DNA of 64,000 nucleotides. Origin: Candidatus Cloacimonadota bacterium. GTDB taxonomy: Bacteria > Cloacimonadota > Cloacimonadia > JGIOTU-2. The position numbers and the translations under genes are program-made. Position 1 is the stretch's first letter. Each line of letters opens with the position of its first letter. The stretch lies in contig JAYEOL010000008.1 in the NCBI GenBank assembly GCA_034722995.1, positions 9,975 through 73,974 on the forward strand. Direction: 5' to 3'. This document shows, piece by piece, positions 29,636-40,277 of this stretch. The notes below the pieces were generated by a model. The model was not told where the DNA came from. It did no database searches and worked only from the letters and a program-made list of their open reading frames with translations.

Positions 29636-31425
29636 TTATTTCTCCTAAACTTCATTTTGCTAATTCTGTGAATTATATCATCCAGATTAGTTAATTCCTC
29701 TCTGATTTTTTCTTCATTATATTTACTTCCACCAAAACGAGCTTGGTCTGTCATAACTAAAAAATTTTTAACATCATTGATAAGCCCTTTATCCACACCT
29801 TTATTATGGAGAACCTCAACAATGTCTTTTATCTTTGCACTTCCTGATGAAATATTAAATTTATTAGCGATATAATTTTTTAAAGCATTTTCAGCTAACA
29901 CAAAAAATTTGTCTACTTTTTGCTCTGATATACTCTTTTTAACTTTTACCATATCTTTTTGTAGAATTCTGTTTGCCATTCTTCTCATAAGATACGCTCT
30001 ATCTTGAAATCTCTTTTTTCTTTCTAAATGGTATATATACGCAAATAAAATACTTAACAAAGACATAAATACTGGTAACCAATAAACAAAATGTTGAAAA
30101 ACAAAGGGAAAATCCTTTATACTATTTTCTGTTCTAATAAAACAAATATCTAATCCTTGAATATCAATCCCTTCAGGAGTTCTATAATATTCCTTACCAA
30201 CTATTTTATTACCCGCTTGCACATTGAATTTCAGCATATCAGTTGATATTCTCTTATACTGTTTTTGCTCTGGTTCAAAGTAAGAAAATTTCAATTCTGG
30301 AATTTTGTAATCACCGGGTTCAATCGGAATAAGTATATATTTTATAATTTTTTTCCCCTGAGTTTTGTGGGAATCAGTTAGTATGTCAGAAATTTCAGGT
30401 GGAAAAGTATCAATATTGTTTATTTTTGGGAAAGAAGAAGGTTCAAACATCTTTATATTTCCTTTTCCTGAAATTGTAACTGTCAAAGTAATAGATTCAC
30501 CAGCTTTGACTTGTGTAGTGTTAAGATTTGAATTAATATGAAATTCTCCAACAGCTCCAGAAAAGTCTGGAGGCTGGTTTCGTATCGGAAAGCCCTTTGA
30601 GTCTATAATAAGTTTATTAGACCTTACATTAACCCTTTTTGTTGTGCCGAAGTCAAAAAAACTTTTGGGCTGAACTTTGTATGCACAAATCAATTCCATA
30701 GGTTTAATATGAAATTTTTCTGAATGAGTTGGAAACAATGTAAACTCACTAATTTTGTAGCAATAATATTGTAAACCATTTTTTACTTCAAGATGATACG
30801 AAATAGATTGTGCTTGATATGTTTCCTCTTTTATGAATCCTGAAAATTCAGGGAATTGTTCTGCATTTATCCCAACAAGATTTTTTCTGCTATACAATTT
30901 ATAAGTAACAATTATAGATTCGCCAATATAAGCAACTTTTTTGCTACATACAGCTTCTAAAAATATCTCTCTCCCTGTCCCTTTTGGTGAGGTTACCTTT
31001 TGTTCAATATCAAATTTTGAAGGTTTAATTTTAACCTTTATAGTTTTTGTATGATATTCTTTATTTTTATATTTTATAAGGATTGGAGGTATGGTAAATT
31101 CACCAGTCTTTAATGGTCTTAAAGTATAAATAAATTTTTTTGAGAGACTTTTACTATACTTACCATTTATAAATTCAATTGAAGTAGAACTTGAGGAAGA
31201 TTGGCTAACCACCTCAAATTGCGTTAATTGCGGAATGGTTGGTTCGGTCTTAATATCCTTTTCAGATTCAATTTCTATCGTCAAAATTAAGTTATCATCT
31301 ATACTTAATTCAGTCTTATCTACATACGAGGAAACGGTTATTTCATCGCTTTTTGCAAATGCAGATGAGAAAATAAAAACAAAAATAACAATAAATAATA
31401 CCTTTTTCATCTGAAAATACCTCAC
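29632..31425 (-). CDS. batD: BatD-like oxygen-tolerance protein
   Basis: 597-aa signal-peptide protein with a C-terminal TM helix, placed between batC and batE as in Bacteroides bat operons. Confidence 0.55.
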   Translation of the reverse strand: MRYFQMKKVLFIVIFVFIFSSAFAKSDEITVSSYVDKTELSIDDNLILTIEIESEKDIKTEPTIPQLTQFEVVSQSSSSSTSIEFINGKYSKSLSKKFIYTLRPLKTGEFTIPPILIKYKNKEYHTKTIKVKIKPSKFDIEQKVTSPKGTGREIFLEAVCSKKVAYIGESIIVTYKLYSRKNLVGINAEQFPEFSGFIKEETYQAQSISYHLEVKNGLQYYCYKISEFTLFPTHSEKFHIKPMELICAYKVQPKSFFDFGTTKRVNVRSNKLIIDSKGFPIRNQPPDFSGAVGEFHINSNLNTTQVKAGESITLTVTISGKGNIKMFEPSSFPKINNIDTFPPEISDILTDSHKTQGKKIIKYILIPIEPGDYKIPELKFSYFEPEQKQYKRISTDMLKFNVQAGNKIVGKEYYRTPEGIDIQGLDICFIRTENSIKDFPFVFQHFVYWLPVFMSLLSILFAYIYHLERKKRFQDRAYLMRRMANRILQKDMVKVKKSISEQKVDKFFVLAENALKNYIANKFNISSGSAKIKDIVEVLHNKGVDKGLINDVKNFLVMTDQARFGGSKYNEEKIREELTNLDDIIHRISKMKFRRNK

Positions 31426-31742
31426 CGCAGACCTGCCCGCCGCACAAGGCTTTGGCAGGCGGGGACACAGAGAACACAGAGATAATTTCTATTTCTTTTT
31501 TAACCTCTCATTCCCAAGCCCTCCCCAATCCGAGGAGTCGTCATGGACCACTCCATGACGAACTTAAAACCAACCACTAAATATCTTTTCCAAAGGATCT
31601 GCCCGGCTGGTATGAAATGTCAGGGAATGGTCCGTTCTTCGTAGTCCCGATAAATCGGGACGAAGGATGAATCCCTGACAGCGCATAAATTTTCACTCTC
31701 CTTTGAGTTCCGACAAGTCGGAATTGACATGTATGTTTCATA
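31426..31742. repeat. 317-bp GC-rich multi-hairpin spacer inside the bat operon (between batC and batD)
   Basis: Several strong inverted repeats: TCGTCATGG-N6-CCATGACGA, GTCAGGGAAT...ATCCCTGAC enclosing GTCCCGAT-AAA-TCGGGAC, and TTCCGAC-AAG-TCGGAA. The small ORFs here are likely spurious. Confidence 0.5.
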
Positions 31743-32486
31743 TTACCAATTTTTTTCAACAGGTTTGATTTTAGTTTTCTTTAACAATTGTTTCACTTTT
31801 TTCTTTTGGTTCTCTTTTTCCACTCGTTGCATAGCATCAAGTATTCTTTCTGCCTGCTTTAATTTTTCTTCTGACGCCTTTTGCTGTTGTTCCTGTTGTT
31901 TTTTATCTTCTCTTTTCTGCTGTTGTGGCTGCTTCTCTTGAGACTGGTCTTTTTGCTGTTCCGACTTTTGCTTTTGTTTCTGATGTTGTTCTTTCTTACT
32001 CTTATCAGATTTTTGTTTCTTATTCTGATTCTGCTGTTGCTGTTGTTTCTGAAGAAATCGCTTTGTTAGTTCATAGTTATATTTTGCATCTGCATTATCA
32101 GGATTATCTAAAAGAGAATTTTTGTAATTTTCTAATGCCTTAACATAAGCATGTTTTTGGAAATATGCGTTACCAATATTGTAATATACATTTGATTTAT
32201 CAATTTTTTCATCTGTCATACTATTTTTATATTCAGTAATGGCTTTATCATATTCCTTATCTTTATAATACGCATTGCCCAGGTTGAAATGAATATTTGT
32301 ATCATCTGGATATTCAATACTATTCTCTTTATGCAATTTTTTAGCCATTTCAACTTCTTCTTCATTATATTTACGGTTCGCTTTATTATTTTTTATCACT
32401 TTACCATAATTTAGAGCAAGTAATTGATTAGCAATTATACAAAAGAGAAGAATCAAAATTAATCTTTTTTTCATACTTTTCCTCAA
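31743..32486 (-). CDS. batC: BatC-like TPR protein with a long Q/K/E-rich low-complexity C-terminal tail
   Basis: Signal peptide, TPR repeats (NLGNAYYKDKEYDKAITEYKNS...), then ~90 aa of QKQQQQQNQNKKQK-type low complexity. Confidence 0.55.
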   Translation of the reverse strand: MRKSMKKRLILILLFCIIANQLLALNYGKVIKNNKANRKYNEEEVEMAKKLHKENSIEYPDDTNIHFNLGNAYYKDKEYDKAITEYKNSMTDEKIDKSNVYYNIGNAYFQKHAYVKALENYKNSLLDNPDNADAKYNYELTKRFLQKQQQQQNQNKKQKSDKSKKEQHQKQKQKSEQQKDQSQEKQPQQQKREDKKQQEQQQKASEEKLKQAERILDAMQRVEKENQKKKVKQLLKKTKIKPVEKNW

Positions 32487-33550
32487 CTTTTTTTTCTTTC
32501 CAGAACAAAAAACTCAATCATCAAAAGTATCAAAGCAATAAAAACGAAGTAGCGATATTGTTCCTTATATTGCGAAAATTTTTTTGTGGAAATTTTCTCC
32601 TCTTCCAACTTATTAATATCGGATAATATTTCTTTTATTTCACCTTCCCCAGCAGATACTTGGAAGAATAAACCACCAGTTTTTTGGGCAATCATCTCCA
32701 GATTTGATGCATCTAATTTAGATAACACAATATTGTTATCTTTATTTTTTAAGTAAACTTTTTTAGCGTGGGATTCCGTCTGAATAGGGATGGGTGCGCC
32801 TTTTTGAGTTCCTACACCAATAGTATAAATTATTATATTATGGTCTTTAGCTTCTTTAATCTTTGATTTGAAATCGCCCTGTAGGTTCTCTCCATCGGTA
32901 ATTAGAACAATTACTTTATTTTGAGTTTCTTTTGAAAAAAGTGGTATAGATTTATCAATTGCTGAAGCAATATCTGTACCTTCATGAGGAATAATTCCAA
33001 CATCTATCACAGAAGCAAACATCTCAAGAGCAGAATAATCAGATGTTAAAGGACACTGAATAAAACTATCTCCTGCGAATAAAACCAATCCAACTCTGTC
33101 ACCACTCAATTGATGAAGAAAAGTAATAAAAGCATTTTTTGCTCTTTGAATACGATTAGGAGATAAATCTTCTGCAAGCATACTTTTGGATACATCTATT
33201 GCTACGATAATATCTAATCCTTTTTCCTCAAAAATTTGCAATTTCCTCCCCCATTGCGGTCTTGCCGCTGCAAATATCAACAAAACTAAAACAATTATCA
33301 AAAGCACATCTTTAAAACTTCTGGATATATGTGAAATATTTAACAACAATTTTTTTTGCATTTTTGAGGACAAGAATCGTGAAAGTAATCTCATTCTTTT
33401 CTTAGCAGAAAGATACATCAAGAGAATTATTACTGGAATAATGATCAAAAATATAAAAAAGACTGAATTTCCAAAATGCATAATTATGGCAAACTTTGAA
33501 ACAAAATTTTTGAGTAAATCAGTTCTAAAACCAATAAGGCAATAGCACAA
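32483..33550 (-). CDS. batB: VWA-domain protein BatB
   Basis: Two N-terminal TM helices, then a von Willebrand A domain (DVSKSM MIDAS motif, LITDGE). Confidence 0.7.
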   Translation of the reverse strand: MCYCLIGFRTDLLKNFVSKFAIIMHFGNSVFFIFLIIIPVIILLMYLSAKKRMRLLSRFLSSKMQKKLLLNISHISRSFKDVLLIIVLVLLIFAAARPQWGRKLQIFEEKGLDIIVAIDVSKSMLAEDLSPNRIQRAKNAFITFLHQLSGDRVGLVLFAGDSFIQCPLTSDYSALEMFASVIDVGIIPHEGTDIASAIDKSIPLFSKETQNKVIVLITDGENLQGDFKSKIKEAKDHNIIIYTIGVGTQKGAPIPIQTESHAKKVYLKNKDNNIVLSKLDASNLEMIAQKTGGLFFQVSAGEGEIKEILSDINKLEEEKISTKKFSQYKEQYRYFVFIALILLMIEFFVLERKKS

Positions 33551-34491
33551 TATAGAAAATAATAAAAAAGAGCATAATATCTATAATGAATTTTTTTAGA
33601 TATTTCTGTTTTTTCTAATCTGTCAATCTCTTTCATAATCAATTTTAGTTGCTCACTATTTTGCGCTCTATTTGCATTTTTTGTGCCACTTATTTCCGCT
33701 ATTTTATTCAAGGTCTCAATATCGATGTCCAATTTTTGTGAAACATACTGTCTTCCATAAATCGGATGGTCAATTGGGATTTGCGAATATCCTTCCTTAC
33801 CCACACCAATTGGATATATTTTAATTTTCAATTCTTTAGCAAGAGTTGCTGCTGTAGTTGGATCAATTTCGCCGGAATTATTCCTCCCATCAGTAAGTAG
33901 AATTATCACCTTACTTTTTGCTTTTGAATTCCTCAAACGATTAACTGATGTTGCAATTCCCATTCCTATGGCTGTACCATCTTCCACCATACCGGTCTTG
34001 ATTTGGTCCAAGAATTTTATCAAGATGTTATGGTCAATTGTAAGTGGGCATTGAGTATAACTTTTTCCACCAAATATTACCAATCCAATTCTGTCATTAG
34101 GTCGCATAGAAATGAAATTCTTTGCTTCTTCTTTTGCCACATAAAGTCTATTATTAGGCTGAAAATCTATAGCTCGCATACTTGTTGAAACATCAATTGC
34201 TAATATTATGTCAACACCTTTGCCTTTAATCCGTGTAAATTTTTCAGGTACTGCTGGTCTTGCAAGTGCCAATACAAGCAGAGTAAAACATAAAAATCTA
34301 AAAATATACCTTAAATAATACAAAAACTTTGTCTTTATTTTATTAATATTAACAAGTCGGGACAAATTAGAAATATCAGAATATAGTAGAGATGGCCTCT
34401 TTTTTCTCTTTATCAATATCTCGTAAATTATTAATATTGGAATTAATACAAACAGCCAAAACCAGTGAGGATTAAGAAACTGTATTTTCAT
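33484..34491 (-). CDS. batA: VWA-domain protein BatA
   Basis: N-terminal TM helices, DVSTSM MIDAS motif, LLTDGRNN. Paralogous to batB. Confidence 0.7.
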   Translation of the reverse strand: MKIQFLNPHWFWLFVLIPILIIYEILIKRKKRPSLLYSDISNLSRLVNINKIKTKFLYYLRYIFRFLCFTLLVLALARPAVPEKFTRIKGKGVDIILAIDVSTSMRAIDFQPNNRLYVAKEEAKNFISMRPNDRIGLVIFGGKSYTQCPLTIDHNILIKFLDQIKTGMVEDGTAIGMGIATSVNRLRNSKAKSKVIILLTDGRNNSGEIDPTTAATLAKELKIKIYPIGVGKEGYSQIPIDHPIYGRQYVSQKLDIDIETLNKIAEISGTKNANRAQNSEQLKLIMKEIDRLEKTEISKKIHYRYYALFYYFLYCAIALLVLELIYSKILFQSLP

Positions 34492-35389
34492 TTTTTTCTA
34501 TAACTTTTGTTTTATCAATCAAATATATTAAATCATCTATAATTTTCTCAGCATCAGATAATGGAGGAATAAATTTTGCATATTTTACCTTGTCGCATTT
34601 TACTAAGATATTACAAAATTCTGTACTTTGAGGAATACTACACTTTTTTAAACATCGTCTAATTTCTGTAGTTGTAAATTCCAAAATTTTAAACTCAAAT
34701 CTATTTTCAAGATACTCACGACATATCCAGGAGATTTCAACATAATATTTTTTTATCTTTCCTTTTAAAAGAAGCTCTTTTGCTTTCAGCCTATTCAGCT
34801 TTTTCAATGCGATTATGTGAGCAGGAATAACCTTTTTCCGCTTAGGTGTAAATATTGGCTTCTTGCTTTTCGTCCTATTTATTAGAAATATAACAATAAC
34901 AATAGCAATAATGACAGCAATCGGCAAAAACAAATCCAGAAATTTAAGGTGTAAACTAACAGGTGGTTTTATATCTTTCAATTCAACACTATCATCAGTG
35001 ATTGTAGATTTCACATTTATGATAAGTGAGTCAGAAAATACACTTGAGATGTTATTATATTCTACAATTTGAAATTCCAATCCAGGAATAGTTTGTTTTC
35101 CGGTATCAAAAAAAACAGAGTTAAATTTGAAATCCGAAATACAAACACTATCTCTTTCAATTATACTTTTGTTATATGATAATATTTCAAAATTTACTGA
35201 TTTTACTTTTGTAAGAAAATTTACTGACTCTTTTAGGGAATGCTCAATAGTAACATCAAAAAAAACTCTATCGCCAATAAATATTTTTGAGGTATCAGTA
35301 AGTGTAGTATCTAAAGTTGTTTTTATATCTCTACAAAAAAGATTAGAAAATAACAACAAGGAAAGTAATAAGAAGAGAGACTGTTTCAT
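34472..35389 (-). CDS. hypothetical membrane protein of the bat operon
   Basis: 305 aa with a signal peptide and one central TM helix. Sits between DUF58 and batA, as in Bacteroides bat loci. Confidence 0.45.
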   Translation of the reverse strand: MKQSLFLLLSLLLFSNLFCRDIKTTLDTTLTDTSKIFIGDRVFFDVTIEHSLKESVNFLTKVKSVNFEILSYNKSIIERDSVCISDFKFNSVFFDTGKQTIPGLEFQIVEYNNISSVFSDSLIINVKSTITDDSVELKDIKPPVSLHLKFLDLFLPIAVIIAIVIVIFLINRTKSKKPIFTPKRKKVIPAHIIALKKLNRLKAKELLLKGKIKKYYVEISWICREYLENRFEFKILEFTTTEIRRCLKKCSIPQSTEFCNILVKCDKVKYAKFIPPLSDAEKIIDDLIYLIDKTKVIEKNENTVS

Positions 35390-36264
35390 CTAATTCGTCG
35401 TGCTCGTCTTTTAAAAAATTTTATCAGATTCTCAATATAAGGTTTATCAGTCTCAATATCTACCAAATCTATTTTCATTTTTTTCAATTCATTATTAACT
35501 AATTTGAGCTTTTCTTGTGCTAATTTATGAAAATTTTCTTGAAATTGTGGGTCACTTGTATTTATGAAGATTTCTTCATCTGTTTCTGCATCTTGAAGAT
35601 TAATCAAGCCTAATTTTGGAATATTATATTCTTTTGGGTCAAGTATCCTGATAGCAACAACATCATGTTTTTGTGCAACAATCTGTAATGTTTTGAAATA
35701 ATCTTGAGCATAAAAATCAGATATAAGGAAAATAATGCTTGTCTTTTTAGACATTTTGTAATAATATTCTAAAGCATTACTAATTGCAGTCTTTTTATTT
35801 TTAGGTGTATGGTATAATATTTCACGAACAATTCTCAAAACTGCATTTCTACCTTTTTTTGGTGGAATATATTTTTCTATTTCATTGGAGAATAGCAGTA
35901 GTCCAACTTTATCATTATTTTTAATAGCTGAAAAAGCTAATATTGCGCCGATTTCAGCTGAAATTTCCCTCTTTTGCTTAAGATTTGTACCAAATATACC
36001 TGAATTACTAACATCAATAATAAGCATTACAGTTAATTCACGAGTCTCTTCAAATTTTTTTATAAATGGATAATTAAATCTGGCAGACACATTCCAGTCA
36101 ATAAGTTTTACATTATCTCCAGGTTGATAAGCACGCACTTCTGAGAATTCTAAACCCTGTCCTTTGAAAATACTATGATATTCACCAGAAAAAAATTCAT
36201 TTACCAGACTTCTGGTTGAAATCTCAATTTTCCGAACCTGTTGTAATATCTCTTTTGGAAGCAT
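35386..36264 (-). CDS. DUF58-domain protein (MoxR-associated)
   Basis: 292 aa with a VWA-like region (IIDVSNSG). Conserved partner of MoxR ATPases. Confidence 0.65.
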   Translation of the reverse strand: MLPKEILQQVRKIEISTRSLVNEFFSGEYHSIFKGQGLEFSEVRAYQPGDNVKLIDWNVSARFNYPFIKKFEETRELTVMLIIDVSNSGIFGTNLKQKREISAEIGAILAFSAIKNNDKVGLLLFSNEIEKYIPPKKGRNAVLRIVREILYHTPKNKKTAISNALEYYYKMSKKTSIIFLISDFYAQDYFKTLQIVAQKHDVVAIRILDPKEYNIPKLGLINLQDAETDEEIFINTSDPQFQENFHKLAQEKLKLVNNELKKMKIDLVDIETDKPYIENLIKFFKRRARRIR

Positions 36265-36492
36265 TTGTAGAAAATTTCAAATTCTAAATTTCCAATGACA
36301 AACAAAATGTCAAATTTCTAATGTTTAATATCAATTTTTCTTCTCCATTTGGACCTAAGAGTAATCACTTGATAAATCAAAATTTTTATTATTTGACATT
36401 TGAAATTTGGAATTTAATTAGAAGTTTGAAATTTGTTATTTGTAATTTTTATCTGACAAATATCTTCTTAATATCTTATAAATCATAATATT

Positions 36493-37476
36493 TTAAGGTA
36501 TCTCTATCTCGTCAAATATCTTATTCACGATATCTTCTGTTGTAATATCTTCGGCTTCAGCTTCATAGGTGAGAATAATTCTATGACGAAGAACATCTTT
36601 ACCAATTTCCTTTATATCTTCAGGTGAGACATACCCTTTTTGGTCTAATAAGGCATTTGCTTTTGCAGCTCTAACCAGGTAAATTGATGCTCTTGGAGAT
36701 GCTCCATATTCAATATAATTCTCAATTTCTTTGATGCCATATTCTCCAGAATTCCGTGTAGCAAAGACTAAATTTAGGACATATTCCTTAATCTTTTCAT
36801 CCACATAAATTTCATTAACAATTTTTCGTGTTTCAAGCACATCTTCAGGTTTAATAACCTTATTAACTTTTATTTCGTGCTGGTCTGCCATACGATTGAT
36901 AATTTCTTTTTCTTCTATCTTGTCTGGGTAATCAATTTTCAATTTAAGCATAAAACGGTCAACTTGAGCTTCAGGCAAAGGATATGTTCCTTCTTGCTCT
37001 ATTGGATTCTGTGTTGCTAAAACGAGAAATGGTTCTTCAAGTTTATATGATTTTTCTCCAATTGTAACTTGTCTTTCTTGCATAGCTTCAAGTAATGCGC
37101 TTTGAACCTTTGCTGGTGCTCTATTTATCTCATCAGCAAGGATTAAATTGGAGAAAATAGGACCCATTTTAGGGGTAAAAGTTCCATTCTTTTGATTGTA
37201 TATCAGTGTCCCTGTTAAATCTGCCGGTAGTAGGTCAGGTGTAAATTGAATTCTTCTAAAATCAACACTGATAACTTGTGCTAATGTGCTCACTGCTAAT
37301 GTCTTTGCAAGACCTGGAACACCTTCCAAAAGAACATGACCATCTGCAAAAAGTCCAATAAGAAGCCTTCTAATCATATATTCCTGACCAACAATAACTT
37401 TACCAATCTCATCAAATATTATTTGGACAAAATCCGTATATTCTATTACCTTTTGAGTAATTTCCTTAATATCCAT
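36493..37476 (-). CDS. moxR: MoxR-family AAA+ ATPase
   Basis: GVPGLAKT Walker A, LILADEINRAPAKVQSALLEAMQE, and YVSPEDIKEIGKDVLRHRI C-terminal motif. Confidence 0.85.
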   Translation of the reverse strand: MDIKEITQKVIEYTDFVQIIFDEIGKVIVGQEYMIRRLLIGLFADGHVLLEGVPGLAKTLAVSTLAQVISVDFRRIQFTPDLLPADLTGTLIYNQKNGTFTPKMGPIFSNLILADEINRAPAKVQSALLEAMQERQVTIGEKSYKLEEPFLVLATQNPIEQEGTYPLPEAQVDRFMLKLKIDYPDKIEEKEIINRMADQHEIKVNKVIKPEDVLETRKIVNEIYVDEKIKEYVLNLVFATRNSGEYGIKEIENYIEYGASPRASIYLVRAAKANALLDQKGYVSPEDIKEIGKDVLRHRIILTYEAEAEDITTEDIVNKIFDEIEIP

Positions 37477-37572
37477 AGCTACTCCAATCTATACATTATA
37501 TATACTTTATGATTTGGTGATTTTAAAACTTATATGTAGTCTCAAATAAATTTAAAAAAGAAATTCTGGTCA

Positions 37573-38397
37573 TTACCCAATCAATATTCCTTTTTTAATT
37601 TTTAGTAAGAATTCTTCTTTATACTGTGACAGAAATTTTTGAATTTTCTCAAGAAATGCTGAAAGAACATCAAAAGAGATACTTTGTCGCTTCATTTTTG
37701 TTGTTTGTTGTTGGAGGACATAAATTCCATCCAGTTGCAAAGTATTTAAATCAATTTTCAAATCACCATTAACAACCTCACAAATTACTATAAACAGAGA
37801 TAGTGGGAAGATAGCTTTAAAGCGTCTGGCAAGGTTTTGTATATTATGTATATACCATTCATCAAGGACCATAGCTGTTGGTATTACAATAAACGGAAAA
37901 ATTGTTGTTTCAGAAAAATAGCTTTTTCTACCCTGAATGCGATATTTAATATCTAATTTTCTACCAATAACCAATCTCATCTTTTGATTAAACATATTTA
38001 GTATCCTTTCATTTTTGATGTTTTTTATATTTTCACATTCAAACTTGAAATTCATAGGGATTTCAGCACGTCCAAGGTAGTTATTCTTGTCTTCAAAAAT
38101 ATCCAGATCTTTAACAATATAGTATATAAATTCAGATAAAGCTGTTTCAAATAATTTTCTATTTTTCAGAAATGTGCTTTCCTCTCTAAATTTCCGTGAA
38201 AACAAGAAACTCCTATAATCGCTGTATAACTTAATCTTTTTCTTTAACTCTTCTTCTCCATTTCCTATGATTTTTAGATTTTCAATTTTCCACTTTTTAT
38301 ATTGTATAATAATCTCATTGAGGTACATTGTCTTACGAGCATCTTTCTCTTGTTCAAGGAACTCATAAATTGTTTCTCCATGTCTAAATGTATCCAT
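37573..38397 (-). CDS. hypothetical protein (orphan, no recognisable family)
   Basis: 274-aa ORF between glyA and moxR. Confidence 0.35.
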   Translation of the reverse strand: MDTFRHGETIYEFLEQEKDARKTMYLNEIIIQYKKWKIENLKIIGNGEEELKKKIKLYSDYRSFLFSRKFREESTFLKNRKLFETALSEFIYYIVKDLDIFEDKNNYLGRAEIPMNFKFECENIKNIKNERILNMFNQKMRLVIGRKLDIKYRIQGRKSYFSETTIFPFIVIPTAMVLDEWYIHNIQNLARRFKAIFPLSLFIVICEVVNGDLKIDLNTLQLDGIYVLQQQTTKMKRQSISFDVLSAFLEKIQKFLSQYKEEFLLKIKKGILIG

Positions 38398-38412
38398 TAT
38401 CTTATTTCCTTT

Positions 38413-39717
38413 TTATGATTTCAACTCTTCATATATTGGGAACTGTGAACACAGCTCTCTTACTTTGTCTCTAATCATTGCTAATTTTTCATCATTATCA
38501 AAGTTATCATAAACCTGTTTAATAAATTCAGCAATTTGTATCATTTCATTTTCTTTCATTCCTCTTGTTGTCAAAGCAGGTGTTCCAAGTCTAATTCCGC
38601 TTGTAACAAATGGGCTACGAGTATCAAATGGGACAGTATTTTTATTAGCAGTGATTCCAGCTTTATCCAGAGCTTTTTCTATCTTCTTTCCACTTGGTCC
38701 TTCACCTTTTTTGCCTAAGTTAATCAGCATCAGATGATTATCAGTTCCACCAGAAACAAGATTAAATCCTCTTTCAATAAGTGCATCCGCAAGAACAGAA
38801 GCATTTTTTACAATTTGTCTTTGATATTCCTTAAATTCCTCAGTTTGAGCTTTTTTCAGTGCAATAGCCTTTGCAGCAATAACATGCATTAAAGGACCAC
38901 CTTGGATTCCTGGCATAACTGTTTTATCTATTATATCTTGATATTTTTTCTTACAAAGAATTATTCCAGCACGAGGACCTCGTAATGTCTTATGGGTTGT
39001 CGTTGTAACAAAATCAGCGTATGGAACTGGCGATGGATGAAGACCTGCAACAATTAGCCCGGCAATATGAGCAATATCGGCAACAAGGTAAGCACCGATT
39101 TCATCAGCAATCTCTTTAAACTTTTTGAAATCAATTATTCTTGGATATGCTGAGGCACCACACATTATTAATTTAGGTTTTTCCTTTTTTGCAAGTTCCA
39201 TCAATTCGTTATAATCAAGTTGTTCTGTCTCTTTGTTTACCTCATAATGAACAGCATTATAAAAAATACCTGAAAAGCTAACCGTATGCCCATGTGTAAG
39301 ATGACCACCATGAGAAAGGCTCATCCCCATAATTTTATCACCCGGTTGTAGAACTGCAAAATAAACTGCCATATTTGCCTGGGAGCCAGAATGTGGTTGC
39401 ACATTTGCGTGTTCAGCGCCAAATAATTCTTTTGCTCTTTCAATTGCCAGTCTTTCAGCATCATTAACAAAATCACATCCACCATAGTATCTTCCACTCA
39501 GTCTGTAAGTCAGTTCCCCAGTCTTTTTGCTTCTTCTATATGGATAACCTTCTGCGTATTTGTTTGTCATAATACAGCCTGTTGCTTCCAATACAGAATA
39601 ATCTACATAATTTTCTGAAGCAATAAGTTCCAGATTTTCTGACTGCCTTTTTAATTCACCCATAATTGCTTGATAAATTTCTGGGTCAGCTTTTCTTATC
39701 TCATCATAATTTATCAT
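38413..39717 (-). CDS. glyA: serine hydroxymethyltransferase
   Basis: [38 protein letters not shown] and the PLP-lysine region [11 protein letters not shown]. The start at 39717 has a GGAGGA RBS; the ORF is open to 39744. Confidence 0.85.
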   Translation of the reverse strand: MINYDEIRKADPEIYQAIMGELKRQSENLELIASENYVDYSVLEATGCIMTNKYAEGYPYRRSKKTGELTYRLSGRYYGGCDFVNDAERLAIERAKELFGAEHANVQPHSGSQANMAVYFAVLQPGDKIMGMSLSHGGHLTHGHTVSFSGIFYNAVHYEVNKETEQLDYNELMELAKKEKPKLIMCGASAYPRIIDFKKFKEIADEIGAYLVADIAHIAGLIVAGLHPSPVPYADFVTTTTHKTLRGPRAGIILCKKKYQDIIDKTVMPGIQGGPLMHVIAAKAIALKKAQTEEFKEYQRQIVKNASVLADALIERGFNLVSGGTDNHLMLINLGKKGEGPSGKKIEKALDKAGITANKNTVPFDTRSPFVTSGIRLGTPALTTRGMKENEMIQIAEFIKQVYDNFDNDEKLAMIRDKVRELCSQFPIYEELKS

Positions 39718-39836
39718 TTTTCCTCCGTAAGTTATTAACTGCAAATTAATAAAGAAAAAAGATTACTTTTGTGTGAATATTATAAAACAGTTAATCTAAA
39801 AACAATCCATGGTTTTTCTTTATCTATTCTGTGGTA

Positions 39837-40274
39837 TTATTTCATTTCAAAATATTTAATTTTATCAATTCGCCTTTTATGTCTTCCACCATTGAATTCA
39901 GTATTAAGCCAGGTCTTAACTATTTCTACGGCTAAATCTTTATTCATAAATTTCCCGGATAAGACCAGAATATTTGCATCATTATGTTGTCTGGAAAGTT
40001 TCGCAATTTCAACAGAATTGCAAAGCGCAGCTCTTATTCCTTTAACCTTATTAGCGACAATACTCATACCAATACCGGTTCCACAAATTAGTATACCTCT
40101 ATCAAATTTTCCTTGTGCAACCTTTTCTGAAGCGGAAAAACCAAAATCTGGATAATCTACAGATTCTTCACTATCAGTTCCAAAATCTTTAACAGAATAT
40201 TTTTTATCAAAAAATTCAATTAAAGATTTTTTTAATTTATATCCTGCATGGTCAGAAGCAATAATAATTCTCAT
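39837..40274 (-). CDS. rpiB: ribose-5-phosphate isomerase B
   Basis: MRIIIASDHAGYKLK and ICGTGIGMSIVANK are RpiB/LacAB motifs. Confidence 0.8.
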   Translation of the reverse strand: MRIIIASDHAGYKLKKSLIEFFDKKYSVKDFGTDSEESVDYPDFGFSASEKVAQGKFDRGILICGTGIGMSIVANKVKGIRAALCNSVEIAKLSRQHNDANILVLSGKFMNKDLAVEIVKTWLNTEFNGGRHKRRIDKIKYFEMK

Positions 40275-40277
40275 AAC

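Noticed and set aside
31577-31759. 60-aa ORF inside the batC-batD GC-rich spacer
   Set aside because: It lies entirely within hairpin-rich non-coding sequence. It has no RBS context and its composition is dictated by the palindromes.
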